In this document: in pieces, positions 51,201 through 62,925 of the stretch
Layout of the letters: each line of letters starts with the position of its first letter
Position numbering within the stretch: the first letter of the stretch is position 1
From: Trichoplax adhaerens
Lineage: Eukaryota > Animalia > Placozoa
Assembly: GCF_000150275.1 (NCBI RefSeq)
Contig: NW_002060974.1
Span: 342,633-406,632 of the forward strand
DNA length: 64,000 bases
Direction: 5' to 3'
Position numbers and translations under genes: made by a program
The notes under the pieces: model-generated
The model's database searches: none
What the model was told of the DNA's origin: nothing
What the model saw: only the letters and a program-made list of their open reading frames with translations

Positions 51201-54200
51201 TACTTGATGCTATACAGTACGTATAATAGAATATCTAATGTAGCAAGAATGAACTATTCTCTCTGAACTACATCGAGAATATTTCTCTTACTGAGCCGTA
51301 ATTGTTGAAAGTGCAAGGGAAATCTGGTAGTAGGGTTAAAGAAAAAGTTCAGTCATCTACCCTATCAACGAAAATAGCTCGGTGAGATCTCTTTCTACTT
51401 CTGAATTCACGGTTTCATATCGTAAGTAAGTTTCCCGAACAAGTCATTAACTCATTATTGAACTATTAATTAACAACTGCTAACTACTAAAGTTACATTT
51501 AAGGATATCTTCAACGCTACGTACTGCCAGATAAGCATATATACAACGTAAAATAGAGATAATATACACGCCGCGAAAATTGACTTCCTTGACAGTGCCT
51601 GAGCACTTTTAATTTGTTCAACTGTAGGTTTTCATGGAATGTACTACCGTAGTAGAGTTAATTAATTAGTTCCATTAAACTGACGGTATGAGAATTCTTT
51701 TCTTAGTTTTTGATATGACCACCAAAATCAAGCTTCTCTCAGCTAACCAACTGCGTGTTTTTTTTTATATAAGAAATGTTCCTAACATGTAGCATGACTA
51801 CAAACGAAGAACTATGTTGATTAGAATGAAAGGACTCTTGCGTTTTGAAACGACCAACAACCGAATAGTTCCGAATTGGAAAAATGCGAATTTAGGTTTT
51901 CAAAATAATTAGTGCTGCAATTGTTTCAAATATTCACGATGTAAAAACGTACTCAATAAATTTTATGGCTTTAATGACAACCACAAAAAAAATTTGAATC
52001 TTAACTTTACTGGCACTTCTTCAGTTTTCCAGTATGTACGCGTATTTTTCATATAAACCGGCCCAAAATGAGAAAATTTGCTACAAATAATAGTTGGCAG
52101 TAAATCTCAACTCAATACTTCATCTTACCTGCTAATTCTTCTTCGAAAATCTGCCATTGATTCACTGATTCTTTTGGAACTTTAGTCATGCACTCGCTAC
52201 ATTTGATTTTAGCTGTTTTTTTTTTACAAAGCTTATTAGCAACATCGATCATTTCTTTACAATCCCTTCCACCGCATTTAAAATAAAATTGACATTTAGT
52301 AGAGTCAAATTTTGGCATTTTCTCTGCTATTACCTTTTTTAATTTATCTCGAATAATAAAGTGCGGCTTATGCCGACGAATTGATTTGGTAATACGTTTT
52401 TTACCAACCCTACTTAATTTTTTCGATGAGGGCCCATAGCATAATTGCATTCCAATAAATGAGTCTTTTTTCTCGACAACTATCCTACATCTACAATCTT
52501 CCATATAAAATATTGCACAACGATCATGCGCTTCAACTTTAGGATTATTCCAAACTTTTAAACAGGCTGACAGATGACAATAAAATATTCCATCAGGTAT
52601 ATAGGGTATCTCGGTGCTATCATACCCTATATATAACCAATCTGATTTCCAATAATTTTCTCTTTTTACCTTGGCAGAAGAACGCAGCAAATAGGGTACG
52701 AAATAAAGGCGATTAAGATCATCGCTGCTGTTATGATCCTTGTTTACATTCTCAATCTTACAAATTATACTGTAATGCTCCATCAATCTTAAAATATACT
52801 CTGTCTTCTTTTTATCCAGATTAAATTTTTTTATTACAAAATTGATACATTTTTCTGACAGTTTACCAGTTTTGGAAGCGTTTCTGATGAGTAAATTTAC
52901 TTCCTCATTCTTACTTATACTCGCAGGTTCAATTGAGGACTTCGATGGATTGCCTAATTTTATAATCGATCGAAGTATATCGAGTAACCAATCAAGATTA
53001 GTTACAATTATTCCATCTAATCCTTCTTCCTCACAAAACACGATGTCGCCTATATCATGTAAAAATCGTAACATATACCGAAATTTTTCATCGTCTTCGT
53101 ATAAATTGTAATTTTGAGATAACTGTTTGATTTCTTCAAATGTCATAATGTCACCTATCTTACTTATAATTTCATTATTCTGAGTTTCTACCGCAGCTGT
53201 TTTATTGTTCCGGGGATTTCCAATATGGAGTAATGATGTCATAATATACCATTTAACAGGAATCTTTTCTAGAGACAGCAAAGCTGTGGCAAATTTTTGG
53301 ATGTAATCGTGGAGAACTTCACTAGTTTTACGACGTTGGTCAATGGATGCTGGAGTGTGATCTGTTGGTTTGCAGTGAAATATGATACGTGAGCTACATA
53401 AATTTTTCGCAAACGGAGGCATAGCTTTAGCCAAGGAATGGCTAAAATCATCAAATTTTTTTAAACGTTTTTTCTCATCCTTTATCAGATCGCCATGCGA
53501 TGCGATCAAAATTATAACCGGTAAATGAAATTCTTCTTCTTTTTCATCAATGGTGACTTTAACCTTGCCTGCATCATTATAACTACCAATCATTGATGTA
53601 AGCCATTCTTGCATGGCTTGTCTATAGGTCATAGTAATTTCATTGCCGTCACGATCGATAATATTGTCATCAAAAGTACGTGTAATATTGAACACTAGAA
53701 TATAAAGGCTCTTTCCAGACAAAAATGGACGATGTGTTACATAATAGACAGCTTGGCCTCCAAAGTCGACGAATTTCCCGTATTGACTATCAACGTCAGT
53801 TTTCATCTTGTCCTCCAAACTTGTCTTTGTCAGAGCTTGTAATGGATCGTAGACAACATTACTCTCGTGATTTAATGCAGGCGTTGAGTTTGCGGATATA
53901 GCCCCTTCACCGTAATCTCTTTCTAGAGATTTCATTTCAGTGTCTGCTGTTGCAGACGTAGGTAATTCATTTGAAGTACTTAAATCGCTATAATCTCTTC
54001 CTGAGGATTTCATTGCCGAGTCTGTTATTGCGGGCGTAGGTATTTTATTTGAAGTAATTATATCATTCTCTACGTGCTGCTCACCTTCGGAATTAACGTT
54101 GGTGGTAAAATTTTTGCTAGCAGACGAGGTATCGCCTTCGCAATTTTGTTCCATACGCGTAGATAGTGGTTTGATATTCTGCTTATCAGCATTATTTATC

Positions 54201-57200
54201 ATATATGAATATACTTTTTCTTTTAATGCAATTCGATAATCAACTTTTCTTCTGTCTAAAACATCAAATGTCGTTAGCTTTATCAACTGCTGTATATCGT
54301 TTGCAATTTCCGTTTCGCTGCTAGGCTCAATGGATCCATCATTTAAAAAGGCGTTTATAATAGATGTTTTACCGACATTTTCAGGACCACCAATGACAAT
54401 TTTAATGAAATCTTTGTTCCTACTTCCCTCTTTTAATGCTTCATAGTAAGCTTTTAGATATTCTTTATCGTTGTTGGCTAAAGATAGATAAATTAATGAA
54501 GTTAATAAATAGCAGTGTCATGATTTATAATTCAAGTTAAATATCGCCTAGATAAATGTCTCTCAATTAATTATATATTTACGAGTATTCTATCAATTTC
54601 TAATAACGTTTTGATTAGAATTTCTTAATTAAGCGCAGTTCAGGCTACAGTCAACGAGAATTGATTAATATCTGAGCTATGCACTTATAATCATATTTAC
54701 TTTCGGTAGCTAATTCCAAAGCTCGCTGTTTCATCCACTCATCAGTTATATCAGATGTCAATATCTGTTCTACTAAGTTTACGTTGTGTAGTTTTAGCCT
54801 CTTTCCACGATCTTGCAGAAATGCAAGCACTTTATCAAATTTCTTCCAGTCCTTAATAAAATCGCGAATAAAGGATATCAGTAAATGAAAAGCAACACAA
54901 ATACGAAGCCGAATTTATGAAAGGGCTATTTATTAAGAAGCAAGTATACCCCTAATACCTATCCACGTTACACACAATCAAGTTTCATATATACGCCGAT
55001 TACAATAATACTAAGTAATTGAGTGATATTTAATTAAATTAAAGTGTTAAATCTAACACTTTATTAAATATTTAGTGTTTGAACAATCTCTTATTTCAGA
55101 AAGAGCTAAAAATAGCGTAACACTTGATAAGGCGATTTCAGTAAAAATTTGCAACGTATAAGCCTAGGTAATAAATGTCGATGCTACTAAGCTGTTCTAA
55201 TCTACTAAAGAAGTAAATTACCGATACCTGATGATTCTTTTTACAGTAGTTCATGTAGTTAGTTATATCGTTGATTAGCCCGGAAATTTCATTGTCAGAT
55301 TCAATTTTACGTGACATCCAGTTAAAGTCAGTCATGATGCTTTGCAAATCTTTATCACATTTACCCAATATAGCATGACAAACTGAATTTTGATAGAAAT
55401 AGTCGTCATCAGGGAAGGTATACCATCTACCTCTGCATCGACTACGATAACCATCAATTAATTTCTTGCTTAATTTTTCATCATAATCTTGGTTCGAGAC
55501 TTGCAAGCGTAGATGGTCCAGCATCAAACCATGTAAAACCCAGTATCTGAACGAATTAACAATATTTAATTCGATTAGTATCGTAGTAAATAGAAAATTA
55601 AGAATACTTGCTATATTGTTGGTGCTGGTTAAATGAGAATCTATACATTATATGTTGAATTCATGCTCTTGCGAAAATAATTACAATACGCTACTGTAGC
55701 AAGATTTTTTGATTAGAATAGTATGAAATCAATGGCTCATTTTTAGATCTACTTGCAAAATGCAACTGCTTAATACACTAGAAGTTAATAAAATGTTTCT
55801 AGAGCTGATTGCGAAACTGGCATAGTTTAATTAAAGCCAATAAATTCAAACTGTTTTGTAGCGTACTAAATCAAAGATCTTCTTGAACGAGATTTTAATT
55901 AAAGTTGAATGCTCCGATACTCTAGCTATGTATTATGAATATACCGAATGATCAAATACAATCATTATTGATGTTTAACGGCAATGAAATACGAGTAGCC
56001 TGTATGTTGTATAGAAGTGACAATTGCCTTTGCAACCCTACTAATTTGGTTGAAAATGAAGTCAAACCTATACTTGAGTCTTAAATGTGCAGTAAAATTT
56101 GAATGTTTATTAAAACTTAGGGGACAAGCTGTGTACAAGATATAAAAAATATTGTTTTAAATCATCTTAAGATCACGAATGTGAACACTTACTGTAAAAA
56201 TCGGTTACACTAAGGTAGATAAATCGATAACATGCTATCTTCAAACTGCAGAGTCAAATATCTACATACTTTAAATGTTCAATTATTGAATAAAACTAAG
56301 CGCAACGATTCAAAAACTTCGCCAATTTGGAAAATCAATGCTATTTGGCACTGTATGATATTACATTGCAATATATTAACCAGGGGAATTGTCTACTTTA
56401 GACTTCAAATTTGGGGTATCAGACTGTATGACGTTGATGTTTTCGCAACAGTCTCACAGAGCGTTAGGAAATACTTCCCTATCATTTAGAGCTTGTTACT
56501 AGTGATTTGATAAATGGTACCTTAGGCTTAATACAAAGACATTTGATGTCATGCATATGCATGACATCAACATTTACATACACGTTTAAAAACAATTACA
56601 CTTCTCATTTAAGGATGAAATATGACTGAAAACTGAAACATGAATATCCATTGCTATTTCGGATACTGCATACACGTTGGATATTTTATGTTGCATGCGT
56701 TGCTTATTTAGTTCCTAAACATGATGATAGAGCCATATCGTACTTACTTGCTTCCTTCGACGTATGTTAATAATGACCTATTTTGCATTTCCTTTAAAAT
56801 ACGGTTGGCATCCTTATCGTCACAGCTCCATACTGATGAAATAGATTCAATGGGGATGGACGCTCGCTTAAATACTGCCAGCAACTTAAATAATTCCCTG
56901 TCGGATTCGCTTAAAGATTCAATACTTGATTGCAATACACCATATAAATTGGTGTTGACACCTGTAATAGAATTTTTGGCTGTGTTCCATTCTTCATTTG
57001 TGCTTAGATTAAGGCCGCCAATTTCGGAAATTGCTAATGGTAGGTAAGCGCAACTTTCAAAGACGTTCTTGATAATTGGATTTGCACGTAAAACCTCAGA
57101 GTGAGCTACGTGATGCAACGCTAGCAATTCTACGCTTTCTTCAGGAGTCAACCGTTCCTGTACAGTATGGCGTAAAAATGTTTAAGTACATAAAAGATGC

Positions 57201-60200
57201 AACATTACTTTTTATTAAACTGCTTCTAAAATCGTGTGTCGAAAGGTAAACATAAAGGCCTAAAATTCACTTCAATCCTCTGACGGTAAAGCTAGTCTAG
57301 TTAACAATTACCGTGTCTAATTTAGTTCATAAACAAGTCGCATTGTGTGAATAATTATACACAAAATCAAATGAATACAAACCGGCATATTAAAACAGTC
57401 AAAATTAAGCTGGATTCCATCGTAGGTTAATCGTGAAGTAACGATTGATTTCTTAGCAAAGGATAAAAAATATTTGTAATGATCCTTCTTCGAGACGTCG
57501 TCGAAAATAAATAATGTATTGGCTATTTTGCTATTTTCTATCAAGAAATTACAAAGGAAATACAGTAATTATTTCTATCATTGTCTAACTTGATATCAAA
57601 TATTTTCATGAGTGAAGGACGTTGAAATTTTGTGCCTACCTCGTAGGTAATTATCAAGATATTCGCAAACTTCTCTTATTGACTTAATATTCTTATTCCA
57701 CACAGTGCCAAGACTGACACCCAAAACCTTCAGCTTTTGGGATAATTCATCATTTGATATATTACCTAGATACAATAATTGTTATAAATATTCAAATACA
57801 AAAATACCAAGAAACATAGAAAATATTTTATGGACGAATATGCTCATTGATCAAACCGGCATAGAATCTGCAGTTGTAAACAATCTTAAATTTTATTGCT
57901 ATTTCATTTATAAACCACTATTTTATCTTACCATACTTTTTTTAAATAGTTTATCAGCGTTATAATTAAAATATGAAGCAGCAGCATACATCACATTATT
58001 AGTTTATCTTTGTTGCGCTATTTTTAGGTATCGATATGCATATTGGATACGTACAGTGCAATGGGCCACAATCGTAGCACTGAAGTAATCAAAGTAAACC
58101 AACAACTGATTATAATTATAGACCTACTAAGGATAGATAGATATTCTCTGAACCTATATAATAGAGACAAGGACTACTAAACTCTCATAGTTTTCCATAA
58201 AAATATCCTAATCTCAAGCTTAAAGTTTATATACTTATAGGTTAGTTATCATTAAGAATACACTTTACCTATACGCTTGTAACAGTCTTTTACTAAAGAT
58301 GGCTAATAAATACAGGCTACGTAGACAAGGGGACAACTACATCATGCAGATTTGCTACCATACTCCCCCAAATCGATGAGTTTACTAATTTTGACTAACG
58401 CTAACTAGCAGATTAAATTAAGAACCCATTAATTTAAGTAGTAGTTTCATTGAGCTTGGAAAGGAAGCTAATCAAGTGTTTTGCTTTAGATAATATACAC
58501 TGTACAGTATTGTATCGGAAATTATGGCAGCGGTAATCATATACACGTTTTAACCTATAGTAAACATCCGATAGCACAAATTAATTCTACACTAAGCATT
58601 TTCAGTTCTATAATTATTCTATTTCAACATGTTAGATTCTTACGAAAATCATTTATAACACTAATAATATAAAATACTCTCCATTAATAAGTTATAGATC
58701 GAAAAATTAGCTGCAATAAATTTTGAAACTTACCAATCTTCATCCAATAACAACCATTTGATTTAAAGCAGCCATTGCTTACAGCTTGGCGTACAGACTG
58801 GCAAACAGCAATCGTTTTACCGCTGCCAGCCATCCCATGTATTAAAGCATGGCCGGGTGATTCATCGATATTCTTTAATTTATCGCAAATTTTATTAACG
58901 ATGTCCTTTCTTATAATGTAGTCACTTATCGAAGTTGGCGGTAGTTCACGAAGTGGAATTTCTGACAATAAAATAATTTACATAAAGATTTCTTATGAAA
59001 TACTGCTGTAAATCACACTAAATACAAATACCTTTCTAAGGCAGAAAAATTAGAATTGTTTAATGCGTAAATGCCATTTGACATTATGGCAAATAAATCA
59101 AATAGCATCATCTTAGTGATACTAGTTAAAGTAGAATAAATTATTTAAATAATTATATACAATTAGCACAGTATACTGACGGTCCAATTTTGAATGTAAA
59201 ATACAAACTGGAACATTCAATCAAAGATTACATAAAGTAGATTAATATTGACGAATGTACAGAAAAAAACACCGGGAAATAAAGATGTTCTTTCTATTGA
59301 AGTCTTCCTGCTAGATAACTTGGACACTGCAACATTAACAGAATTTAACACTGGGTCTTCAAGTGGTAAGATAAATAAAGCTTTGATATCTAGCTTATGA
59401 ATTATATCAATTTATAATATTATAAGATCTTGATTCTTCGTAGTTAAATGTGGTATTAGAATTAATTTAATGACTTTAAATTTTTGAGAAAATTTAAAGT
59501 CGAATAATTCAATGAAAGTTTAAATGATCTTAAATTTTTTCTAGACAGAATATCTGCTAGATTCTATTGACGGATTCTACATATTTCTTACAATCATCTA
59601 CTATTACATAAGCTATTATCATTTGTGTTGTATTTAATTCTACAATCGTATTTTCTGCATGTATTCTATCTTTAAAGCTAACAAATATTATTAATGTCTA
59701 CCTCAGATCTCGATAGTTACAATAGTTGCAATGTTAGTATTCGTGTCTTAGGAGACATGCTTAAGTATGAAATTGTTATTTACATTCAAATATCTATTTA
59801 GTCAAGTATGATAACTAGCTCCAAATTATGTAGTGTATCACATGAGCGAAGGTTTACTAGTAATTAATCGGGACTAAGTAATCAGCTGAAATCACTACAA
59901 ATGGTTTGATCGCAATAATGTATTTACTATTAAAAATATGCTGACAGCATAGTAAATATGTTTACAATGACTGACAGAGTACGTACAGCTAAAGGGGATA
60001 ATGACCAATAAAAGTAGTTACTTATGCACGTTATAGTGTGTTGCGCCTTAAAGTGTGCGCATTTCGAAAAGATTCTAGTTACTATACCGTAAGTGAGAGA
60101 AGTAGTCTTGCTTACTAAAGGTAAACTTCACTTCCTGTAAGTCACATAATACTAAATAATGATATCTTGCTATCTAAACTTTATTTAAAAAACTACTGAC

Positions 60201-62843
60201 TAAGTCATTAGCTAATTGATTCATCCGTCTTAGTAAATGATGCAATGAACTAGAGGAAAGATGGTAAGCTTTTCAACTTATTGAATAGGCTATTTAGTAT
60301 ACAGTTAGATCCAAGCATCATTGTAGCTTACTGAAAATATACTGTTACTAGTTTTGGTTTAAAATTATGCATTATGTATAGGTGAAGAAGTGATTTTATA
60401 AACGCTTTCTTGAAAAGCCGGTAGTAAAGATAAATGAGATGCGACGATCAATTTAGTATATGTGTACTGTGTAGTGTACGGCTTATTAGGCCTACACAAA
60501 ACTACTATAATTAGCTGAAATCACTGCAATGTGATAATCCATTGCGATTTTTCGTTGTATCAGTAAAAAATCTTCGTTAGCGATCAGTTTGGGTAATTTT
60601 GATAAGGTTCAGCAGTAAATAGTTCTTGTCGATTCTACAGACCAGATGCAATCTCGTTTCTACTGCAATAAAGTTACTAACTTCATTGAACTCTATATGA
60701 TATTAATTTGTAATAGCATCACTGTGTGATAAAGCGTCTAACTTTAAGCAAAGACTTCCGTATCCTGAGAATAAATTACGTCTTCCACCAAGGACCACAT
60801 TAGCTACGACTACCTCAACTTCGAAGGTGAAATCTCCTGCTTATACGTACATTTGGTTGCAAAGTATCATCAAGATACAAAGATCAACATCTATCTTAAT
60901 TAGCCCAGGATTTCGTTACTTGCATATCTCAAGGTGTTAAGGTTACCTAATACAGCATCTCTAAGAACTACTGAAATCTATACTTTTTCTAGTCTGAGTT
61001 TTGTAATCGCGTAGAGTTTAGAATGTAAATGTTTACTAATACTATTATAACCGCAATAAAGCGGGAAAAATATTGGTATGTGTGAGCTTTAATTATTCAA
61101 CTCGTATTTTTCAAAAGTCGAAAAGATCATCAACAAGGTAACTCTAGTTAAAATAAAGGTCTTTACCCCAAGTATATATTTAAAAAAGCTTACTAACTCC
61201 TATTTCATAGCGTTTTTAAGATCAAAATTATGATTTATCTCAAAGTTATCCGGAAATGAAATGCAAATGACACCTGAAGAACTGTTCTGAATTAAGCAAT
61301 TTAGGAAAAACTCCATATGGTACGGCATATACCACAGAGATAGCTTATACGTAAATGCAAACTGAATAACATTAGACTACTAAAGAGAACAACCAATCAT
61401 AGTAACATCAGTGTTATCAGTAATCATGATATTTGTTACAGTATTATTACTCTGTTAAGTCGTAGGTGTTAAATTTATTTATGAAAACGTGGTACCGCTT
61501 GTTAACTAATAATATTCTTCCTTATATAATTCCAATGTACGTGATATACTTAAACTCAGCTTCATTACCACAAGCTTCTTGAGAATACAAAGAGCAAATA
61601 ATCCATGAAAAGATAATTAAAGTGAAGATTGCTGCAGGAACTGTACTATTGAACTGACTGCGCAGGCTAAATACTGCTTATTGCCATCAAATTGCGTTAG
61701 TTGCGGTATTATCGAGAATTTAAAGGATGTGATACCCTCAAAAACTATTCTAGAGGATAATATTTTCAAAATTTAGCGTACAGAATTTATCTTTAACTTA
61801 ATATATTGTCATGCTATATTATTTCATATATACAACTGAGCGTAATGTGGCCCAAAATAGATCGTGCCTGAAGCTTATTCGGTATAAAATATCAATGGAA
61901 AATTTTGAGAAAATTTCTAGTCAAGTAATTTAATGAAAATTGATATGATTTTAAATTTTTTCAAGACAGAATATTTGTTGGATTCTGTTAGTATATCAAG
62001 TTTTTTGCAATCGTCTAACACCACATGAACTATTATCATCTACGTTGAATTTGATTTTACAATCAATATTACCTTCTACATTGACTACATCTCTAAAGCT
62101 AACAAATATGGTTAATACCCGTATCTACCTCAAATCTAGATAGTTGCAGTAGTTGTAGTGTTAGTATATCTTACGTTACTTTACAACATCTAACGCTCCT
62201 CTGTAATAACTATAGTATTTTTATAGGATTTATGGTCCAAAGTAATGAATCTATTTTCTATTAAACTATTTATTTCAATCTTTCAACAGTAATATACCCT
62301 ATTAGTATCTTTGCGGAGATATAGATGCTGATAATCGTCGCTAAAAAACTGATTTGGGTTATAACGCAAAGTTTAATATGAAATCAGAGTCTTGTTGTGT
62401 TACGCTTGAGATACGCTATCGTATCTACAGTAAATTAAAAATAGTCCATGAAAATTAATTTATCATAAATTGTGTAAATAATGAAAAGAAAATTTTGATA
62501 AACACTTTCTGTTTATAGCATAAAAGCTTACCATCTTCTTTTACAGCATTGGATTTCCTTTTTGAATTTTTATATGTAGAAATAACTTTACACATACGAT
62601 GATCTTCAGCTACAGAACGCAGCCCGCTTTTGAAGAGTGCTTCAACTAATGCACTCTTTGTGTAACTCCGACCTTTCCTACTCGCATACATACTCAACAT
62701 TTGCGCACATTGATCGTCAACTGATCCATTATTTTCAGCTATAATTTTTTGGATGTCGCGTTGATCCATTCCAAATTCTCTTGCCAAAGTTTTCCACTCC
62801 GTTCCGATATCTTTTGCGATTTTGCTGTTATACTTCTTGGCTG
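45003..62843 (-). CDS. Death domain - Apaf-1-like NB-ARC - Roc-COR - Death domain fusion protein (5' end missing, at least ~1,537 aa)
   Basis: Hand-spliced exons (minus), frame-compatible with no stops: 62843-62532 (DD), 59326-59273, 58961-58734 (Walker A GMAGSGKT), 57765-57640, 57537-57383 (Walker B FIFDDV, sensor TSR), 57157-56748 (HD1 YLPLAI, WHD), 55546-55228 (LHG, HD2), 54851-54701, 54477-52129 (Roc GPENVGKT, DFGGQ, SHGD; COR), 48822-48772, 48633-48583, 47141-47070, 45746-45690, 45280-45003 (DD, stop). The NB-ARC-to-Roc join is well supported; the links to the two DD exons and the microexons are less certain. Confidence 0.72.
47691..48045. repeat. Dispersed intronic repeat, ~350 bp (other copies at ~50275-50640 and partial ~47160-47295)
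   Basis: Shared anchors: tggcttt...cgcttt.gta.tactt, caaaattcaaa, taagactactgaaaaa, aaatttt.gaatgta.gg.atgtt, atctaagc.ttaaaatatc.acatcgatatagtt. Confidence 0.85.
48530..48880. repeat. Tandem duplication (~190 bp unit), each unit containing a 51-nt microexon
   Basis: atgaagttaa.ttaccaataatttaaatt...gtaataccttcatct...aacccttcgctt...atct.aagata...aaaattact occurs twice. Confidence 0.9.
50060..50233. repeat. ~175 bp near-identical dispersed repeat (second copy at ~60596-60771)
   Basis: ttttgataaggttcagcagtaaat...ccagatgcaatctcgtttctactgcaataaagttactaac...gacttccgtatcctgagaa occurs at both positions. Confidence 0.9.
52129..54477 (-). CDS. Roc-COR (Roco GTPase) exon, a single 2,349-nt exon
   Basis: YYEALKEG...IKIVIGGPENVGKTS (G1), FVDFGGQAVYYVTHRPFLSGKSLYILVFNI (G3), ILIASHGD (G4), then COR motifs IPVKW, MLRFLHDIGDIVF, LDWLLDILRSII, YFVPYLL, IPDGIFY. 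Confidence 0.92.
54701..58961 (-). CDS. Apaf-1-type NB-ARC module (6 exons)
   Basis: Colinear similarity to Apaf-1 as recalled: LIHGMAGSGKT...CF...YWMKIG; LFIFDDV; SIVTSR; CAYLPLAISEIGG; LAVF; SSVW; LKEMQNRSLL; WVLHGLMLDHL; YFYQNSVCHA; DFNWMSRKI. Confidence 0.9.
59480..59740. repeat. Diverged ~260 bp duplication (second copy at ~61900-62165)
   Basis: Shared anchors: ttttgagaaaattt, aatgaaa, taaatttttt..agacagaatat, ctattatcat, taaagctaacaaatat, tctacctca.atct.gatagtt. Confidence 0.8.
62532..62843 (-). CDS. N-terminal-side Death-domain exon (phase 1-1)
   Basis: IAKDIGTEWKTLAREFGMDQRDIQKIIAENNGSVDDQCAQMLSMYASRKGRSYTKSALVEALFKSGLRSVAE: classic DD (W..LAR.LG....I..I; ML..W/Y; L..AL...G....AE). 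Confidence 0.88.
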
Positions 62844-62875
62844 CTACAATAATTTTATTTTATTTGCAAAAATGA

Positions 62876-62925
62876 NNNNNNNNNNNNNNNNNNNNNNNNN
62901 NNNNNNNNNNNNNNNNNNNNNNNNN
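62876..62925. other. Assembly gap (50 N)
   Basis: Run of N characters. Confidence 1.

Noticed and set aside
52112-52128. Stop at 52112 as the end of the Roc-COR protein, and TTG 54286 as its start
   Set aside because: The P-loop lies upstream of 54286 in the same frame, and a strong donor at 52128 precedes the stop. Intron read-through remains possible as a short isoform.
56232-56489. Duplicated 85-aa plus-strand ORF (also 63443-63700)
   Set aside because: It lies antisense in an intron; its apparent conservation is only the near-identical duplication.
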